In this document: one piece after another, positions 1-9,176 of the stretch | Layout of the letters: each line of letters begins with the position of its first letter | How positions within the stretch are numbered: position 1 is the first letter of the stretch | Assembly: GCA_905215575.1 (NCBI GenBank) | Contig: CAJMQV010000003.1 | Coordinates: forward strand, 11,965 to 75,964 | Direction of reading: 5' to 3' | Source: an uncultured bacterium | Lineage (GTDB): Bacteria > Bacteroidota > Bacteroidia > Bacteroidales > Bacteroidaceae | DNA length: 64,000 nucleotides | Program-made: the position numbers and the translations under genes | The notes under the pieces: generated by a model | Database searches by the model: none | What the model was told of the DNA's origin: nothing | What the model saw: only the letters and a program-made list of their open reading frames with translations

Positions 1-2
1 CT

Positions 3-686
3 ACTTTGCTCAATGCCTTGCTGCATGAAGAGCGTGCTATTGTGAGTGATATTCACGGCACTACGCGAGATGTTATTGAAGATACGATTAATCTGGGGGG
101 CATTACCTTCCGGTTTATTGATACGGCCGGTATCCGTGAGACCACGGATACTATCGAGAGTCTGGGTATTGAGCGTAGTTTCCAGAAAATGGAGCAGGCA
201 CAGATCGTGCTGTGGCTGGTAGACAGTCAGTGCGCTGCCGAACAGATCCGTACCTTATCTCCTCAGATTCTGCCTTTGTGTGCTGATAAGAAGCTGGTGG
301 TGGTTTTGAATAAGGCCGACCTGTTGGCTGGTGCTTCACCGTCACACTTGCCAGAACTGCCGGAAGGTGTGGATGTCATTTCCATTTCCGCCCGTGAGAA
401 ATTGGGCTTGGAGAAGCTTCAGAATCTGCTGATTGCTACAGCACAGTTGCCCGAAGTAGGAGAGGGGGATGTGGTGGTAACCAATCTTCGTCACTATGAG
501 GCTCTGATTCAGGCGCTGGATTCCATCGAACGCGTGTTGCAGGGGATGGATCAGGGTTTGTCCGGTGATTTCATTTCTCAGGATCTGCGTGAGTGTCTGT
601 TCCACCTTGCGGAAATCGTTGGTGGAGAGATTACTACGGATGAAGTGTTGGGAAATATCTTCAAGAATTTCTGCATCGGGAAATAA
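3..686 (+). CDS. mnmE: tRNA modification GTPase MnmE/TrmE, C-terminal part (5' end outside window)
   Basis: GTTRD, DTAG and NKAD GTPase motifs and the diagnostic C-terminal FCIGK. Confidence 0.97.
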   Translation, partial: TLLNALLHEERAIVSDIHGTTRDVIEDTINLGGITFRFIDTAGIRETTDTIESLGIERSFQKMEQAQIVLWLVDSQCAAEQIRTLSPQILPLCADKKLVVVLNKADLLAGASPSHLPELPEGVDVISISAREKLGLEKLQNLLIATAQLPEVGEGDVVVTNLRHYEALIQALDSIERVLQGMDQGLSGDFISQDLRECLFHLAEIVGGEITTDEVLGNIFKNFCIGK

Positions 687-750
687 GGACTGAAAAACAA
701 TGAAAAACGCCTGCAAACAATAATAAATAAAAGTCTAATAATAAATATAT

Positions 751-790
751 TAAACAATGTTAGCAATCTGTGCTAACATTGTTTATTTTC
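751..790 (+). terminator. perfect 15-bp inverted repeat after mnmE (terminator or island-end structure)
   Basis: TAAACAATGTTAGCA-atctg-TGCTAACATTGTTTA followed by TTTTC. Confidence 0.55.
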
Positions 791-987
791 ACGGTTTTGC
801 ATATTTTTGTACCCCGAAAGCACCTGTTGACTCATTAGAGTAATAACATTGAAACATACGGTTAACTCGAACTTATTATATCATTTTTAATATGATATAT
901 AGTTGTAATATAAAATATTATTATTGCTACGTTTTAATACATCATTAAAATAGAGCATAATGGCATTGGAAGAAATAAACATGAGAG

Positions 988-1433
988 CCCAAGGGGGTTG
1001 TTGTCGAACCGTTACCTATCGGTGATGATGTTTCCAGCCTTAGTGCCATTATAATGGATGACGATTTTTATTATTTCACCATAGAACACAGCAAGCAGGC
1101 TGACGGAATACGCCATGCAGATCCAGCCGCATTAATAGCCCTTAAAGCTAAAGCATATCTTAATCTTGTTGCTGATAAACAGAATGGGAAGCATGTAAAC
1201 AGCAAGGATATACGCAAACATCGCTCAGACGTTCTGAAGAATATCGTAATCATGGAAGATTCTCAAATTGAAGCACCAGAATCAATCGTCAGATGTATCA
1301 ATGACTTTGTTGATTCAATACATAGAAATTGGGATGAATTGTCGGATTCTTTAGCTGCATCTTTAGGACAAGACAAGGAATTTGTGTCAGAATACTGAAT
1401 CAACTTACAAAACTTTTTGTAATCAAACCATAA
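988..1433 (+). pseudogene. 5'-truncated, frameshifted conserved protein (putative nucleotidyltransferase, AbiEii-like)
   Basis: reading frame PLPIGDDVSSLSAIIMDDDFY...LIALKAKAYLNL...KDIRKHRSDV lacks its N-terminus; apparent frameshift near 1393 (LNQLTKLFVIKP continues in another frame). Confidence 0.55.
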
Positions 1434-1441
1434 TATGTAAC

Positions 1442-2203
1442 ATGAGAATTCAATACGCATCAGACCTACATCTTGAATTTGCTTAAAATGGTAGCTATAT
1501 CAAACATAATCCCCTACCCGTTACTGGTGACATATTAGTCTTGGCTGGTGATATCGGCTATCTCGGAGATGATAATTACAGCCGACATCCGTTCTGGAAC
1601 TGGGCATCGGAAAACTATCGTCAAGCGATTGTTTGTATGGGGAACCATGAGTTCTACAAAAATTACGACATCGCCACTTTAGAAGACGGATACTGTCTGG
1701 AGATACGCCCGAATATACATTGTTACTATAATGTAATTGTACAATTGGACGATATAGATTTCATCATTTCTACATTATGAGGGCATATTCCCTTAGAAGA
1801 AGCGTACTTTACGGAAAATGTGATATCTGATTTTAGAAGAATACTATACAAAGGAGAAGTCTTAACTTTTACCGAGTTCAACAAAGAAAATGAAAAATGC
1901 ATAGACTTTATCCGTAAAACCGCAGCTGTCAGCAAGGCAAAACATAAAATAGTTGTTACGTATCACGTTCCTTCTTTCCGCATGCAACACCCTAAATTTG
2001 CAGGAAGCAAAGCAAACGGAGCCTTCACTGTAGAATTGGAGAACTACATAAAAGATAGCGGTATAGAATACTGGATATACGGGCATTCACATTATAATGT
2101 TGACGTACGGATTGGAGATACAAAATGTTTAACCAATCAATTGGGATATGTATTTCACAACGAACATCTTTCGTTTAATCCAGGAAAATTCATTGAAGTA
2201 TGA
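1442..2203 (+). pseudogene. calcineurin-like metallophosphoesterase with two in-frame nonsense codons
   Basis: MRIQYASDLHLEF, LAGD, GNHE and GHSH motifs all in one frame; stops TAA 1484-1486 and TGA 1778-1780. Confidence 0.9.
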
Positions 2204-2297
2204 TTGTACATAAACTAAGGAGTCATACAATAGTCACATGTGTCACTCCAAGTTGAAGAAAACCGCATATTATTTCTTTAATTAAGATGTAATTTAG

Positions 2298-2305
2298 TAA
2301 ATTTG
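2298..2305 (+). promoter_or_regulatory. Bacteroidota -7 promoter element for the HTH-STAND-STAND-WYL operon
   Basis: TAAATTTG matches TAnnTTTG, 24 nt before ATG 2329. Confidence 0.6.
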
Positions 2306-2328
2306 TGCTCAACGTTAATTTATTAAAT

Positions 2329-2544
2329 ATGGAAAATTTCCAAAAACTAAATCGACTGAAAGCAGTTTTCGCAGATGCAGGTCAAACAAACAAATGGCTT
2401 GCTAAGCAACTTGGCAAGGTTCCTGTTACCGTCAGCAAATGGTGCACGAATACCTCACAACCGGACTTGCAGACCTTGGCAAAAATTTCAGAACTGCTTA
2501 AAGTGAATATTAGAGAACTTTTAGTAGACCGTAGTAATTGGTAA
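2329..2544 (+). CDS. small XRE/Cro-type HTH transcriptional regulator
   Basis: LNRLKAV...WLAKQLGK..VTVSKWCTNTSQPDLQTL; this family commonly leads defence/RM operons in Bacteroidales. Confidence 0.88.
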   Translation: MENFQKLNRLKAVFADAGQTNKWLAKQLGKVPVTVSKWCTNTSQPDLQTLAKISELLKVNIRELLVDRSNW

Positions 2545-2548
2545 AGGC

Positions 2549-5500
2549 ATGAGTACAATATCAGAACATATATTGGGACTTTACAACCAATTGGTTGATG
2601 ATGAAATCCAACCTATAGACGAAACCGTAGTAGATGACGCTATAGGAGTGATTAACAAAATAAGTGTAAGTGACGCAGATTCGTTGTTCTATTTTTTGGC
2701 AGCAATGAATTTGCTAAATGCTGCTATTAAAACTGCGAAACATAAATCTCAATTGTTCTATGGTTTTATAAAAACAAGAGTAAGTAAAATCACAGATTTA
2801 ATTCTTCAAAATCCAAGTTTTTATACGGACACCTCTGTGTATTATGATGACAAACAGAGATGCATGTATTTTGAGGTATATGGTGTGATATTTAGTTTCC
2901 ATCAAGTACAGGAAACTAAATTAATCAAAAATATTGCTTCAAAGAATGATCGTATTCAATGGACAGGTATTAGACTTCAAAGAATTGCTCAGAATATTTT
3001 CTTATACGCAAAACAATTAAATATTGATAGTGATAAATTGAGTAATAATATGGATATTCAGACAACAAATAACTCAAATGGTAATAATAATTGCCTGAAT
3101 GCTGTAAATCCAAATTTGTTTCCTTGCCCTGATTGCGGTAAGGAAATATCAGTTCATGCAAAAATTTGTCCACAATGTGGCAATGATTTATGTGCTTGTA
3201 ATGAGTTGTTAGATGGAATAAAGGAAGGCTATTCTTTAAAAATTTCTTACTCTGGCACTGTTAGCTTAGGTAAATTAGAAACACAAAATGATCGTTTCAT
3301 TACATTGCGGCTATCAGATGACAAATGGGTTAAGGTTCGCACATCTGCTATTGATAGTGTCGAATTGATTGATACTAATGAAATATCTACAGAGTTATTT
3401 GCGCAACAAGCAGAAACTTTTTTCTTACATATCCTTGAATTATCAAGTATTGATAAAGAAACTTTGATTTCTACAAATGCAACAATAACAAAAGTTGAAA
3501 AAATCGGTTTGACTATTATTACGGATAGTGGAGAAACCGTTATATGCGTAAAATCAGGCATCGTTGGATACAAAAAGAAAGACTGTACAATTGGCAAACG
3601 AGTTTACTGTGGGAACATTAGTACTAATGGTAAATGTTATAGCTCAATTGTAGAAATGTCATATGGAGGATTAATAGGATTTTTCTGCAAGGCCGTTTCT
3701 TATAGTCGTAATATCACCCAAGCTAGAAAGTCTCAGATATTGTCTATTCTGACATATTTTATAAAAGAAATGACAACTAATCCTGAGGCATTTATTGAGA
3801 TTAAAAATTTCAAGAAAAAAGTAAAAAATTTCTTGGGACAGTTAGATATCGAATGTGATAACTTCTCAGAAATTGACGAGATATCCGAAGAAGGGACACA
3901 ACAGGTCGTTTCTGTTGAACCTCAAAAAAAGGAACAACTAAAACAGCAGTTATACAAGACAGAAACAGAACAATTGTTGGAAGGCTCAGGATTGCCTCAA
4001 CTTAAAGTACTAGGTAAAATAGATTTAGATGCTATACCTGGCAAGAAAAAGAATATTTTCAACAACTCTTCGGTTGCATCAACAGAGCATATTGAAATAA
4101 CAGCAAAGCCTTCAATATTATCTTCAGATGAAGTAATGGCTTTCGTTGATAAAAAATTGCCTAACCTGAGCGAATTAAAATGTAAACAATTAGAAAAGGA
4201 GTTAGATACTTTGATTCGTAATGGTCAAAAAGAAGAGTGTTTGAGACAATCATATCAAATTATTAATACAAGTCGTCCAACTCCTAAGTATTTAAGAAGT
4301 TATCTTGATAGAATTGTTAATACAGAGATTGCATTGGATCATACAAATGAAGCTTTGCAATCCCTTGCATATCTTATTGTTCTAACTGAACAACAGAGTG
4401 GCGTTAATGTAAATAGCATTGGCCATTTGTATATAACAATGGCAAGATTGTATCAGAAAGGTAATAATAGAGAAGAGGCATTAAAAGCAATATTATATGC
4501 AGAAAGTGTTAAACCAAATAATAATACTATCACAAAGCTAAAAGAGTCCATTCAAAGGATGGATTCCAATGATATCAATAATTCAGATTCTTCAAGCGAT
4601 ACATCCACACCTATTAATGGAACTGTTGACACAAATGATAGTATCAGCAAAATGCTTCTTGAAGATGTTTCTCAAGAGGCTAAACGGCAAGAATTGCTTC
4701 CTTCGAATGAAATAATTCCTGCCGAACAACTGTTTGGTAGAGCTCAAAACAAACGTAATGACGCAACAGAATCATTTGAGGATAAGGCTCAGTTGTTCTT
4801 AGAGGCTGCTGGTGCTTATTACAACTCTAAACAGACATCTTCTATTATGTATAAGATTTCTGTTGCTAATTATGCTCGACTTAAAGGTCATGGAATGTAT
4901 GCACGATTTGCAAACTTAATAAGAAATAATTCTGGAGAGTTATCTGAATTGCAGGCGTATAGAGATGGTGCATGTAGTTATTATGTTGAAGCACTAGGTA
5001 TATTTAACGCCTTAGGAGAAAGGAATCATCTTCAGGAACTTTTACTTAAGTATCTACAATTGCATTTTGTGATTTCTCAGCTTGAAGGTGGCAAAACACC
5101 AGATCCAGATTGGGAGACATGGACATTAAAGCAGCTTCAACAAGATTGCTTAAACAATGATAGTGCAGAAAACTTTAGAACACTATTATCTTCATACATT
5201 ACAGTAGGTGCCGCTGCGGAAGGAGCTTGGGGAACATTGGCAAATGATGCTGATGGTACAGGTGTCTTCACGGGTAAATGTCATAGTATGAAATTTAGGA
5301 GTAGAGCATTTGATTTATTTAATGAGATTGAACATTCTGCAATTGATAACAATCCTTCTGTAAGTTTCAACTCATTTGTTAAACAAATTTTTTCTCATCG
5401 ACAAGCAAGAATCAAGCAATTAAATGCTTGTTTGCAAGATTGTCTTAATTGGAATTTCAATTTGTTTAATATTTCGCTATTCGCATCAATGTGGGACTCT

Positions 5501-7348
5501 GCACGATCTCTCTCCTCAATAATGACAGCTACAGATATAAAATCGCAAAATACAATTAACAGTATAATTGATATTCTGAAACCATATGCTAGCCATAAGC
5601 CCAATGAGCGTTATAGAGATTTGGTATCTTCACAAACTGCAATTTTGAAATGCAAAGATGCCATTGTTGCTACTACGACTTATTACGGTCGTACATTCTT
5701 CCTTCCTCTTTTTGATAAGTGGTTAGATGAAATCGGAAAGCAGATAGAAGAAAAGGATGCTAATGCACTTCCGAATTTATCTATTTCTCCTGATCCGTGT
5801 TACGTTAAGATTGATGATAATAATAATTGTTACATTGACTTTGTTGTATCCAATATTGGTGAATCTACTACTCAATCCTTCGTTGTAAATATTGTAATAA
5901 ATAATAAACTATACAAAATTGAACATCTGACAGAATTAGCTGCTGGAGAATGTTGCACAGAAAGCCTATTCACAAATGACATTAAAGGAATATTCTCATT
6001 TGATGTTCATTTTAGTATTGTCCCGAAATATCAAAACAGAGAACTGCCTCCTATGGAGTCTGAGGCTACATATGAAATTGAAGAGGATGATTACATAAAA
6101 GATGAAAATGACATACCTTGGACTATTTCTAATACGCCTCCAGATACTGTGTTTAAAGGCAGAGAAAAGAATCTTGACACTTTAGTAAGTCATTATCTTT
6201 CAAAAGATAGAAGCCAAACTTATATATTATATGGTTTGACAAGAACAGGAAAATCTTCTATGTTAGATTATCTTAGGGAGCGAATCAATGGACAATCTCT
6301 GAAAGAAGATAATTCTGTTCATATAATGACCTTTAAATGGTATTTGAACGAGTTTTCTTATATTAGGTCTTCCGTTGAGGACTTTTGGACGTGGGCTATA
6401 GAAACTAATATCTACAATGTCCTTGATAAAATGAATCCTAAGCTCGCAGATGCAATTGATGTAGCCTATTCGAATTCCCTTCCTACTGCAGGTTGTTGGA
6501 CGCAGGCAGATTTTTCGCGAATAATAGAAGTTTTAAATGAGCACAATATTGTGCCATTGATTACTATTGATGAGTTTTCATATGTTAGAGATATGCTCAA
6601 AACAAAACTTCTTGATGCGACATTTGTTTCAACATTGCGAAACCTTGCTTTAACAGGTAAAGCATGTTTTATATACGCAGGAACTTATGACATAAAAGAT
6701 CTTCCAAAAGAAAAGGAATATGGAATAGTAGGTCAAATGAATAATACTACACCAATGCATATTAATGAAATAGACGATGTTTTCGCAAATGAACTGATAG
6801 ATGCATGTCCACAGATACAGTTTGACGAACGTGTTAAATCTTATATAAGGACGATGTCTGGTTGCGTTCCGTATTGGATTCAATGGATATGTAAAGATTG
6901 TGGCAAGTATGCTGTAGCACATAAAAAGAAGCATCTAGGATTAAGGGATGTAGAGCATGTTGTAGACGTTTTGACAGGAAGTGTAAAACCTGATTTACTT
7001 GATTGTTGGCAAGCATTAGATGAGGAGAACTTTCAAAATAATCAGATAACTCCTGGAAACATTGAGGAACAACAATTAATCACGAGTTTGGCTTTTCTTC
7101 TTAAGGATTCAGCTCCTATGATGGGTAGAGGAATTAGTATGGATGAACTGAAACAATTATGGGAACAGTATTCTGTTCCATCAGATAAAAGGCTGAAAAT
7201 GGCAAAAGCATTAACAGCATTGGAAGAAAGAAAGGTCCTAAAATCATTTACTGACGAGAATCGAGAAGTTTACAAATTTCGTGTTGAACTTTTCCGATGC
7301 TTTTGGTATAATCATCACAAAGACATAGATACAATATTAACATTATAA
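2549..7348 (+). CDS. large multidomain STAND/AAA+ ATPase (N-terminal unknown domain, Zn ribbon, Sm-like, OB-like, TPR, Ig-like, C-terminal ATPase + wHTH)
   Basis: CPDC..CPQC; TPR-like helices; FKGRE; Walker A GLTRTGKS (6233-6256); Walker B LITIDEF; GCVPYWIQ. Confidence 0.8.
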   Translation: MSTISEHILGLYNQLVDDEIQPIDETVVDDAIGVINKISVSDADSLFYFLAAMNLLNAAIKTAKHKSQLFYGFIKTRVSKITDLILQNPSFYTDTSVYYDDKQRCMYFEVYGVIFSFHQVQETKLIKNIASKNDRIQWTGIRLQRIAQNIFLYAKQLNIDSDKLSNNMDIQTTNNSNGNNNCLNAVNPNLFPCPDCGKEISVHAKICPQCGNDLCACNELLDGIKEGYSLKISYSGTVSLGKLETQNDRFITLRLSDDKWVKVRTSAIDSVELIDTNEISTELFAQQAETFFLHILELSSIDKETLISTNATITKVEKIGLTIITDSGETVICVKSGIVGYKKKDCTIGKRVYCGNISTNGKCYSSIVEMSYGGLIGFFCKAVSYSRNITQARKSQILSILTYFIKEMTTNPEAFIEIKNFKKKVKNFLGQLDIECDNFSEIDEISEEGTQQVVSVEPQKKEQLKQQLYKTETEQLLEGSGLPQLKVLGKIDLDAIPGKKKNIFNNSSVASTEHIEITAKPSILSSDEVMAFVDKKLPNLSELKCKQLEKELDTLIRNGQKEECLRQSYQIINTSRPTPKYLRSYLDRIVNTEIALDHTNEALQSLAYLIVLTEQQSGVNVNSIGHLYITMARLYQKGNNREEALKAILYAESVKPNNNTITKLKESIQRMDSNDINNSDSSSDTSTPINGTVDTNDSISKMLLEDVSQEAKRQELLPSNEIIPAEQLFGRAQNKRNDATESFEDKAQLFLEAAGAYYNSKQTSSIMYKISVANYARLKGHGMYARFANLIRNNSGELSELQAYRDGACSYYVEALGIFNALGERNHLQELLLKYLQLHFVISQLEGGKTPDPDWETWTLKQLQQDCLNNDSAENFRTLLSSYITVGAAAEGAWGTLANDADGTGVFTGKCHSMKFRSRAFDLFNEIEHSAIDNNPSVSFNSFVKQIFSHRQARIKQLNACLQDCLNWNFNLFNISLFASMWDSARSLSSIMTATDIKSQNTINSIIDILKPYASHKPNERYRDLVSSQTAILKCKDAIVATTTYYGRTFFLPLFDKWLDEIGKQIEEKDANALPNLSISPDPCYVKIDDNNNCYIDFVVSNIGESTTQSFVVNIVINNKLYKIEHLTELAAGECCTESLFTNDIKGIFSFDVHFSIVPKYQNRELPPMESEATYEIEEDDYIKDENDIPWTISNTPPDTVFKGREKNLDTLVSHYLSKDRSQTYILYGLTRTGKSSMLDYLRERINGQSLKEDNSVHIMTFKWYLNEFSYIRSSVEDFWTWAIETNIYNVLDKMNPKLADAIDVAYSNSLPTAGCWTQADFSRIIEVLNEHNIVPLITIDEFSYVRDMLKTKLLDATFVSTLRNLALTGKACFIYAGTYDIKDLPKEKEYGIVGQMNNTTPMHINEIDDVFANELIDACPQIQFDERVKSYIRTMSGCVPYWIQWICKDCGKYAVAHKKKHLGLRDVEHVVDVLTGSVKPDLLDCWQALDEENFQNNQITPGNIEEQQLITSLAFLLKDSAPMMGRGISMDELKQLWEQYSVPSDKRLKMAKALTALEERKVLKSFTDENREVYKFRVELFRCFWYNHHKDIDTILTL

Positions 7349-7357
7349 ATTAATAAT

Positions 7358-9175
7358 ATGGAACCCTTCATTGTTAATACAGATATCACAGATATTAATG
7401 ATTTGTATGGAAGAGCTAAGTCAATAAAGATTCTTCAATCATGCGCTTCTAGAAAAGAAAATGCAGGAATCATAGGGGCAAGACGTTTTGGTAAAACTTG
7501 TCTCTTGAAATCAATGGAAAGTTTTATTAACTCACATCCAGAAATCAATGCTGTACCTGTATATTTTGATGTAAAATCACAGGCTACAATTCATAAAAAT
7601 ACGCCCGAAGTTTATATGAATATTGCAGCGTTGTTAGCAAAAAAGATGTGTGAAATGAATATTGTGGAGGAAGGGGAATTTAAGTTGTCGAGGAGGTGCT
7701 CCTTGGATATCTCTACAGATCTTGTTGACATGAAGGTACAGATGAGCGCTTGGCATTCCCAGTACAAACAAGACGCTTTATTCGCATTAGCTGATGAAGT
7801 CAATAATCATGGCAAGTATGTTCTTTTACTGCTGGATGAGATTGATTCTTTGCTTTTGGAAGCCCTAAATACTCCTTCTGATTTTGGTAGGATTAGAGGT
7901 GCAGCTACTGATGGAACCAAGTTGAAATTTTGGATTGCGGGTATTGCTCCATGGAAATCAATCACATCCAAAGTTGGTTCACCAGAGCTGAATTGCGGAT
8001 TAGAACAATGTCTTTTGTCTAAAATGGCAAAAACTGATTTTGACGCAATGTGGTATGATGAATGTTCAAAAGTAGAGGATGAATCGCTTAAGCAAAAGTT
8101 ACTTTTAATAAAAGATCAAGTATACAATAAAACTGGAGGAATTCCTTATTACTCTAAATTTATTGGCTCTAGTTTCGTCAATGGCACAATTGACGAAATG
8201 CCTGACTATACAATTTTGAGAGATTATCTGTGTGAGATTTACGACAACAAATTCATGACTGATGCGGAAAGGTCTGTTTTAAAGACTCTTGCGGATAAAC
8301 CGATGCGATTTGATAATATAGCCGATGATGTTAATGCACTTGTTACAAAAGGTCTTGTCGGAAAAGACGAAAATACATATTCTATTGTATTGGATTATTT
8401 GGTAGATTATGTTAAAGCTAAGTCCTTGAATACAAACATTCAAGAATCCATCGATATTGAACAAAAAGAAAGAGACATTCTTGTAGACGAAATAGCAAGA
8501 TTAATAGATGTTAATTGTAAAAAGATAAAACCTAGCCCTTTCAAGCCTTCATTTGAAGATTGGTCAGTATTCAACAGTTTGAAAATTCAATGTACTAACG
8601 AGTCAACTCTACTCGCTTTTGCAACTTCCGTATGTAAAATTTATTATGAAGGTAGTGATCTCGGTAGATGTCTTCCCGTAGGCTATATTTCAAGAAATTT
8701 TTGTAATATCATTCGGTCGCTAAGAAATAGATACGACCATAGAGATTGTGAACCAAGAATCTTGGACGATCGACGGCTTTTTTCAATACTAAATAACGGG
8801 ATAGTGCCATTCCAATCCATTCATTTTGCTAATATACAGTCTGTTGTGTTAAATATGTTTAAACAAGAATTGTTGGATATGAACCAAACTGCAACGAATC
8901 CGACAGTATCAACAGGAAACTTAATAGCCGGGACTGAAAGGGCAAAATTCCTTGAAGACGGGAAAGAGTATGAAGGCTTAATTGTAGTTGTCAATAATCA
9001 ACATGGAACTTTTTTTAATGTTAAGTGTCAGAATCATGCATATCCATTACAGATAATTACAAAATTATGCAAATTGCGTGAAAATGATGTAGTTCTGTTT
9101 ACAGCAATTAAAGAACAGAATCTAAAGGATTCAAGCAAGTTCTTTTGGAAAGCAGACAATGTTAGAAAAAAATAG
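7358..9175 (+). CDS. STAND/AAA+ ATPase with HEPN-like RxxxxH motif and C-terminal cold-shock/OB-like domain
   Basis: LYGR; Walker A GARRFGKT (7475-7498); Walker B LLLLDEID; TGGIPYY; LRNRYDH (8723-8740); C-terminal ENDVVLF...KADNV. Confidence 0.75.
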   Translation: MEPFIVNTDITDINDLYGRAKSIKILQSCASRKENAGIIGARRFGKTCLLKSMESFINSHPEINAVPVYFDVKSQATIHKNTPEVYMNIAALLAKKMCEMNIVEEGEFKLSRRCSLDISTDLVDMKVQMSAWHSQYKQDALFALADEVNNHGKYVLLLLDEIDSLLLEALNTPSDFGRIRGAATDGTKLKFWIAGIAPWKSITSKVGSPELNCGLEQCLLSKMAKTDFDAMWYDECSKVEDESLKQKLLLIKDQVYNKTGGIPYYSKFIGSSFVNGTIDEMPDYTILRDYLCEIYDNKFMTDAERSVLKTLADKPMRFDNIADDVNALVTKGLVGKDENTYSIVLDYLVDYVKAKSLNTNIQESIDIEQKERDILVDEIARLIDVNCKKIKPSPFKPSFEDWSVFNSLKIQCTNESTLLAFATSVCKIYYEGSDLGRCLPVGYISRNFCNIIRSLRNRYDHRDCEPRILDDRRLFSILNNGIVPFQSIHFANIQSVVLNMFKQELLDMNQTATNPTVSTGNLIAGTERAKFLEDGKEYEGLIVVVNNQHGTFFNVKCQNHAYPLQIITKLCKLRENDVVLFTAIKEQNLKDSSKFFWKADNVRKK

Positions 9176-9176
9176 A

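Noticed and set aside
1442..2203. Stop-codon recoding in the phosphoesterase
   Set aside because: The two stops are different (TAA and TGA), each one substitution from a plausible sense codon, and neighbouring genes use the standard code. Pseudogenisation is simpler.
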